Source: Gemmatimonadota bacterium (GTDB lineage: Bacteria > Gemmatimonadota > Gemmatimonadetes > Gemmatimonadales > GWC2-71-9). Taken from it: 64,000 bases of DNA. The DNA is taken from NCBI GenBank assembly GCA_036679605.1, contig JAZDCZ010000254.1, positions 157,807 through 221,806 on the forward strand. The letters are read 5' to 3'. The notes below the pieces were generated by a model that saw nothing but the letters and a program-made list of their open reading frames with translations, did not search any database and was not told the origin of the DNA. A program made the position numbers and the translations under genes. Below are positions 59,188-64,000 of this stretch, one piece after another. Every line of letters begins with the position of its first letter. The stretch's first letter is position 1.

Positions 59188-59871
59188 TCATCCTTTCGGC
59201 TTTCTCGGCCACAGCATGGGCGTGTTTGCCCTGTACTCCAGGTAGGATGCCCCAAACCGAACTTCCAGCTCCCTCTCCTCGTACACTTTCAGGAATACCA
59301 ATATCGCTGGCGTGAACAGACCAACCACCCACAGCAGAAACAGCGTTGATTGCAGCCATAGCCCCAAGCCTGTGAGAAACACAAAAGCACTCAGAACCAT
59401 CGGGTTGCGCGTCCACCCATACAGCCAACTCGTCGCCAGCCGCCGGGTCAACGCAACGGCAAACGGCGCCCCGAGACCCTGCAGAGCAAGATCCACTACA
59501 GTTGACAATAACACCGGTGCCGCTACCACCATCACCGCTAGGCCAATCTCTCTTGGGAGTGGAATCGCCCACCCAGGATAAGCCTTACCAATCCCTATCG
59601 CCTCAATGATCGCCGCGCCGAACAGCACCATCAGGGAGAAATGAACAACCGTTGTTACCCACACACCACGGTCGGGTGTTGGCTTCACATCAAGCACTCT
59701 TCGCCCCACCCAAACAACCGGAAACACCGTGAGCATACCACCGACCATAATGAGCGGTCTCAGAACCGGACCAAACTGTTGCTGGATCACCCACCACCAA
59801 ACGGCTAAAGTGAGGGCAAAGCCTACGCCCCCTACAAGCCTCGGGACCCGTGAATGCCCACTTACGCGCAC
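59188..59871 (-). CDS. ICMT/PEMT-like membrane methyltransferase (last cassette gene)
   Basis: LYGWTRNPM, EERELEVRFGASYLEYRANTP. Confidence 0.8.
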   Translation of the reverse strand: MRVSGHSRVPRLVGGVGFALTLAVWWWVIQQQFGPVLRPLIMVGGMLTVFPVVWVGRRVLDVKPTPDRGVWVTTVVHFSLMVLFGAAIIEAIGIGKAYPGWAIPLPREIGLAVMVVAAPVLLSTVVDLALQGLGAPFAVALTRRLATSWLYGWTRNPMVLSAFVFLTGLGLWLQSTLFLLWVVGLFTPAILVFLKVYEERELEVRFGASYLEYRANTPMLWPRKPKG

Positions 59872-59919
59872 GTGCTCCCCCCTCTTGAGACCAGCCTGCC
59901 TGTTCCGCAGAATGCGGGC

Positions 59920-59988
59920 GCCCAACGGCGCGGAAACTCAAGTTCCTTTAGAACGTACATGTCCGCCAGCAGCAGGCGCCAGTTAGGT
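59920..59988 (-). mobile_element. Degenerate, shortened attC site
   Basis: ACCTAACTGGCGCCTGCTGCTGGCGG...CGCGCCGTTGGGC; upstream ORF stop lies inside CCTAAC; right arm missing. Confidence 0.65.
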
Positions 59989-60335
59989 GGCAGCCTTCAC
60001 CCGGGAACGCTGACGGTTTGCACGAGCACAGTTGTATCGCGGACTACAACGCCCTGGTAATGGTGGGGTCAACGTTATCTCGTAGACCCCTACAGGCACG
60101 GGGGCCACTTGAATCCGGTAGGCGAACGTCGCGACGACGGTGATGCACCGGACGTCCTGTGGGATCGCCTGGAGCGTGATTACCAGCGACGAACCCGAAA
60201 GTAGAACTGCCGCGTCAAAGTCGAAGCAGGGCACGCTGGTGCCTCGGAGCAGGCCAGGCAGGCTGCGAGAGAAGAACCGCGTAATGGGTTCGCGATCTCC
60301 AGAGTCTTCGCATCGACAATCTCAAACGGACATAC
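59983..60335 (-). pseudogene. Cassette gene fragment, hypothetical
   Basis: PCFDFDAAV...CITVVATFAY...GVYEITL ends in attC; no clear start. Confidence 0.4.
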
Positions 60336-60336
60336 C

Positions 60337-61617
60337 TTAACCGCCGCTCCGCCGGAAACCCGCGCCGGTTCCGTATGAGTACTGCACCACGGTCTCGACA
60401 CCGATCGAGTCGCGCGCGATGCCAAGGATGTAGTCCGGGCCGATGTCCGTTGGCATGAAGCGCGCCGGCATGGTGATGTCGCCTAACCAACGATCGTCGC
60501 GATCAAACACGCTCCACACGCTCGGCACAAGGGGCGATGTCGCCAACTGTCCGGCTGCGGGCGCATCGGCCAAGTGTGCTTCTCGGACCCACAGACGCCC
60601 GATGCGATCCGCGATGAATTGGGAGTAAGCCGGGACCTCGCTCGCGTACGGATCATCGCGCAGGTCTTGCTTCTCCTTCTCCGCTTGCGGTCCCGTCGCC
60701 TTGACCCAGCGTTTAGACCATTCCGTCACATACTCGTTGATGTCAGCGCGTGTCACACGGACAGGTGTCCAGCGACGGCGTATGATGCGTTCCAAGTCTC
60801 CATTGGACGAGAGAACCCGAATCGAGTATTCGCCACCGTAGCCCGCGACCAACGAGGCTCCGTCGGCTGCAAAGACCGCGGTCGGTCCGAACCACGGAGG
60901 CCGCGGATCGTTGCCATCCATGACCATCAGCATGCTCGGAAAGGTTCCGAGCCTTACCCGCACGGCCGTATCTCGGGCAATCAGCTCCAGCGGGATGGAG
61001 TCGACCCAGCGTTTTCCCGGTGGACTGCGCGATGGCGGGGCGGGCGACCCGACCACGACAGATTGGTCGCCGAGTACAGCGACGATGATCTTGATCCCAT
61101 CACGTAGCCCGTTCGAAGGATTGAACGCATTCACGCGCCGAAGGAATTCCCCGTGCGCATTGAAAAACGTGGCTGTCCAGGGCATTGACAGAGCGACAAT
61201 CGTATCGCCTGCTAACGTCGCGAGCGCGCCAAGCTGCCTGAATTCACCCGGTCCGTCACCGCGACCGCCAACGAAGTTGATGAACTCACCCGCGCTATCA
61301 AAGAATCTCAGCTGGAGACTGCCCCCATCGGCAATGACGATTCTGCCGTCGGAAAGGCGGGCCGCGCCAGCTACTCGGCTGAGCTCATAGTTTGAGTCCG
61401 GGCGATCACCAATGACGAGTGCCGGTGAGACAGAAAGGCGCGGTGCATCGGCCGCCGGCCAGAGGGGCCGAGTGTTTTCGACGATCCGGATTCCCGCGCT
61501 GTCGCGCACGGTCGGCGCTGCTGCCGACTCGGGGGCCGGCTCGCCGCAGGCAAACGTGGTGGCCAGAATACCGAGCGCGAGTGTGTGTCGGAAACGCATT
61601 ACCGATCTCCCGATCAT
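60337..61617 (-). CDS. 6-bladed beta-propeller lipoprotein (cassette gene)
   Basis: TFAC lipobox, VRDSAGIRIVEN, GRGDGPGEF, ADRIGRLWV. Confidence 0.8.
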   Translation of the reverse strand: MIGRSVMRFRHTLALGILATTFACGEPAPESAAAPTVRDSAGIRIVENTRPLWPAADAPRLSVSPALVIGDRPDSNYELSRVAGAARLSDGRIVIADGGSLQLRFFDSAGEFINFVGGRGDGPGEFRQLGALATLAGDTIVALSMPWTATFFNAHGEFLRRVNAFNPSNGLRDGIKIIVAVLGDQSVVVGSPAPPSRSPPGKRWVDSIPLELIARDTAVRVRLGTFPSMLMVMDGNDPRPPWFGPTAVFAADGASLVAGYGGEYSIRVLSSNGDLERIIRRRWTPVRVTRADINEYVTEWSKRWVKATGPQAEKEKQDLRDDPYASEVPAYSQFIADRIGRLWVREAHLADAPAAGQLATSPLVPSVWSVFDRDDRWLGDITMPARFMPTDIGPDYILGIARDSIGVETVVQYSYGTGAGFRRSGG

Positions 61618-61625
61618 GATGCGCC

Positions 61626-61784
61626 ACCTAACGACTCCGCGCTTCAGCTGCGGGCGACCGATCGGCAGGCACGCCGCCGTAGGCGGACTTCAAGAGCTGA
61701 ACGTGCACAATCCTCCCTAGGCGCACAACCCGACGCCTTCCGTACCGCACGTAAGCGCCCGCCAGCCGCAAGCGCCTGTTGGGC
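61626..61784 (-). mobile_element. attC site
   Basis: GCCCAACAGGCGCTTGCGGCTGGCGGGCG...CGCCCGCAGCTGAAGCGCGGAGTCGTTAGGT. Confidence 0.88.
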
Positions 61785-61790
61785 AGCAAG

Positions 61791-62342
61791 CTACCTACGC
61801 GACGTATCGCGCCACAGAATCCAAAGCGGATGTGCCCCAAACGCTACCGATGTGAAGCCACCCTCGTACGCGACGCGGGGGCGCCGCCCCAGCTGCGCGC
61901 CTAAGAACGAAAGAAACTCCCTCCGCCGCATCGACTCGCTCGGCAGTCGCACGGTCGTCGTGGCCACGACCGAATCCTCCAGCGTAGCAAACAATCGAGG
62001 GTACGGGCGCCCAGTTTGGAGTGCGTGAAGACTGTCTACTTCACGCAAGGTCGCCCGCGACGCCCCGAGGACGGGTACGCGCCGATCGAGGTATTCCAGC
62101 GGTGCGACCGCCGCTGCTCCAACCACGAACGCAACCACTAGTGCCCGTACCACGGCACCCGGGAAAAACCCGTGGCGTTTGGCTCGCTGGCGCTCGCGCC
62201 AAACGAGGAGAGGTATCCACACTATCGCGGCCGGCAGTAGCCATCCGTCGTATGGAGCAACACTGAAGAAGATGCCCCAAGCAATAGCCCCGAGGGCCTG
62301 CCGCAGGATTGCCGGATCCTTCCTAGGCAGTTTGGACGCCAC
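61791..62342 (-). CDS. Hypothetical membrane protein (first cassette)
   Basis: Hydrophobic segments; lies between GTTAGGC core and attC; GTG start inferred. Confidence 0.5.
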   Translation of the reverse strand: MASKLPRKDPAILRQALGAIAWGIFFSVAPYDGWLLPAAIVWIPLLVWRERQRAKRHGFFPGAVVRALVVAFVVGAAAVAPLEYLDRRVPVLGASRATLREVDSLHALQTGRPYPRLFATLEDSVVATTTVRLPSESMRRREFLSFLGAQLGRRPRVAYEGGFTSVAFGAHPLWILWRDTSRR

Positions 62343-62354
62343 GAGTAGCTTGCT

Positions 62355-62400
62355 GCCTAACAAGTAGTCGGCGACTCCCATAACGGGTTCGCATCCTACC
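62355..62400 (-). mobile_element. Putative attI/first-cassette junction
   Basis: GTTAGGCAGCAAGCTAC is complementary (16/17) to GTAGCTTGCTGCCCAAC at the end of the same cassette. Confidence 0.6.
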
Positions 62401-62549
62401 CCAAGTCGCGTAGCGAATATGCTGTCAAGAGTGCCTCCTGGGGTTCTCCAACAATCCCAACAACTTCGAAGATGCGGCTCACCGCGACACTTGGCAATAT
62501 GCTGCAAGGGCGGGAGATTGCCACGCTGCGTAGCGGGTTACCAAGCGGG

Positions 62550-62687
62550 TTATCCCAACTCGTCCGCCGGGCTGGTCACGCCGAGTCCCGGCCGGTTCAA
62601 CACATGCGTATAGATCATCGTCGTCCGCACGTCGCGATGGCCAAGTAACTCCTGAACTATCGTGTGAGGTGTTGCATGTTTCCTGAT
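62550..62687 (-). pseudogene. intI: Integron integrase C-terminal remnant
   Basis: [42 protein letters not shown]; the LRHSFATHLL segment is deleted. Confidence 0.88.
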
Positions 62688-63106
62688 GGAGGTCGCCGCT
62701 TGAATAGGACGGCACGAGGGCACAGATGAGTTTCTGGGCCGCAGGCAGCAATGGCTCCCTGCACAGAGAGTCTCGATAGTGCTTAGTGCAGAACATTTAC
62801 ACCGACTTTGAAATGAAGTCAGAACCGCTCGATGCTGGAAACCGAACCGGAAAACGGGAAGCACGAAAACTCGTGTTGTCTAGCTACGGCCGCTTGACAC
62901 CGGAGGCCTTATAGGTGTTATGCGGCACTGATCTCGCTGCGCGCAGGTCTCCGTCAGCTCAAAGGCGCGGCGTGCGCGCGATGCACCCCACGATCAGCGA
63001 CAACAAAGGAGCAGATGTTGGTGCCGTCAACTCGCCGCGCAGCACCGCAAAACCAAAGTTCCTATGCGGTACCTCTGGCGCCACGTCGTTCAGCTGAAGG
63101 AAATGC

Positions 63107-63673
63107 CTAGCGCCTCCACGTGAAGAGCAGGCCGGCCGCGCGGGATGCCGGGAAGTAGGCCGGCCGCAGGGAGACCGCGCCAAGCCGCGGGTTCCGGGCT
63201 CGGACCCGGTCATCCACACGGACGATGTCTACCACGGCGAGCACGGTGGTGGCCACAATCCCACCGAGGGCGAGCATCGCCGCCGCGGTAAACGCTCCGG
63301 AGTTCGGGCCGAAAAAGTCGCACTCGTCCACTGATGAGCAAATCAGGACGGCACCTCCGACTGTGGTGCCCAGGACCGCGGCTCGGATGCCCGCGTGCGC
63401 CATCCCGCGCCCCACGTCCCCCGCGTATACGTAGCCGACGGCCGGGCCGAGGACGAGTCCACCGGCCGTGAGCGTAAGCCCCCCCCTTGTGTTTTTTGCG
63501 AGACCCAGCGCTATGGGGGCGACCGTTCCAAGAACCGAGAGTGCGACGGCCGCGCCCGGCGATCTTGCCCGGTAGGGCTCCTCCTCCTGGGCGGCAAGCG
63601 CCGCCGCCGTTCCCGCCAATAGCGCGCCCGCGCGGGCGAGGACTCGAAGCGACCGCAGAACTTCCCGTCTCAT
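63107..63673 (-). CDS. Hypothetical membrane protein
   Basis: Signal peptide after AAGGAGG RBS, several Gly/Ala-rich TM segments. Confidence 0.65.
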   Translation of the reverse strand: MRREVLRSLRVLARAGALLAGTAAALAAQEEEPYRARSPGAAVALSVLGTVAPIALGLAKNTRGGLTLTAGGLVLGPAVGYVYAGDVGRGMAHAGIRAAVLGTTVGGAVLICSSVDECDFFGPNSGAFTAAAMLALGGIVATTVLAVVDIVRVDDRVRARNPRLGAVSLRPAYFPASRAAGLLFTWRR

Positions 63674-64000
63674 AACTTCCTCCTTCCGTGAGGGGGACGT
63701 GCTTCCAAGCTCATCCGAAGCATCGCCGGGCGCCGTCAAGCAGGAGTCAAGGCACTAGGCGCGGGACACCCCCCCTTCCACCACCGAGCCCGTGAACGCG
63801 CTGCGGCCCGAGCGCCGCGCATCTCTGAACGGAGGAGACTGCCGATGTGGACACCAATCCCTCTTCGGTTCGGCGGTCCTGTCCGCATAACTAGTGGCCT
63901 GTAACACGTGAAACAGTAGTGGGACTGATGCGGCGGCGCGGGTTTGAATAGGTCCAGCGGATCGGCCGCGGTTCGTGATTGTACCGTCGGATATAGAGCA

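Noticed and set aside
62550..62864. Functional 104-aa integrase serving the tRNA-Arg array
   Set aside because: Only about 45 C-terminal residues are IntI-like, catalytic segments are missing, and IntI is not a tRNA-targeting integrase.
62880..63100. Promoter TTGACA at 62894 and small ORFs
   Set aside because: No good -10 at proper spacing and no recognisable protein in either direction.
63740..64000. Possible att-like GTCCGCATAACTAG near 63881
   Set aside because: No partner arm within the window; cannot be supported.

Overview
GC-rich bacterial window, probably Gemmatimonadota (inferred from the style of the Ser/Thr kinase stub, the beta-propeller and VPS10 genes, and the attC). It opens with mlaDFE, an RpoD-type sigma factor, a six-tRNA cluster and a DmdA-like GcvT-family gene. 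A tRNA-Arg(CCG) integration hotspot follows: two full tRNA-Arg copies, two tRNA-Arg fragments that abut at the T-loop, a repeated terminator/palindrome/arm-type module and two complementary stubs of an excisionase-like HTH gene, but no integrase. Cargo includes HipA-XRE and VapBC toxin-antitoxin pairs, a mer relic, a kinase-regulator-TolB-like-peroxidase cluster and many hydrolases and peptidases. An oppBCDF operon trails a decaying tandem array of peptide-binding proteins interrupted by IS6, an IS3 end and a PEP-CTERM-like gene. The window ends in a decayed integron whose cassettes lie downstream of, and co-oriented with, an intI remnant. Unexplained structures include tandem repeats built from the 5' end of tRNA-fMet, a 224-bp mini att-to-att unit, a 4x20-bp phased repeat and many internally deleted gene relics. 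All family calls come from motif recognition by eye, not database searches.
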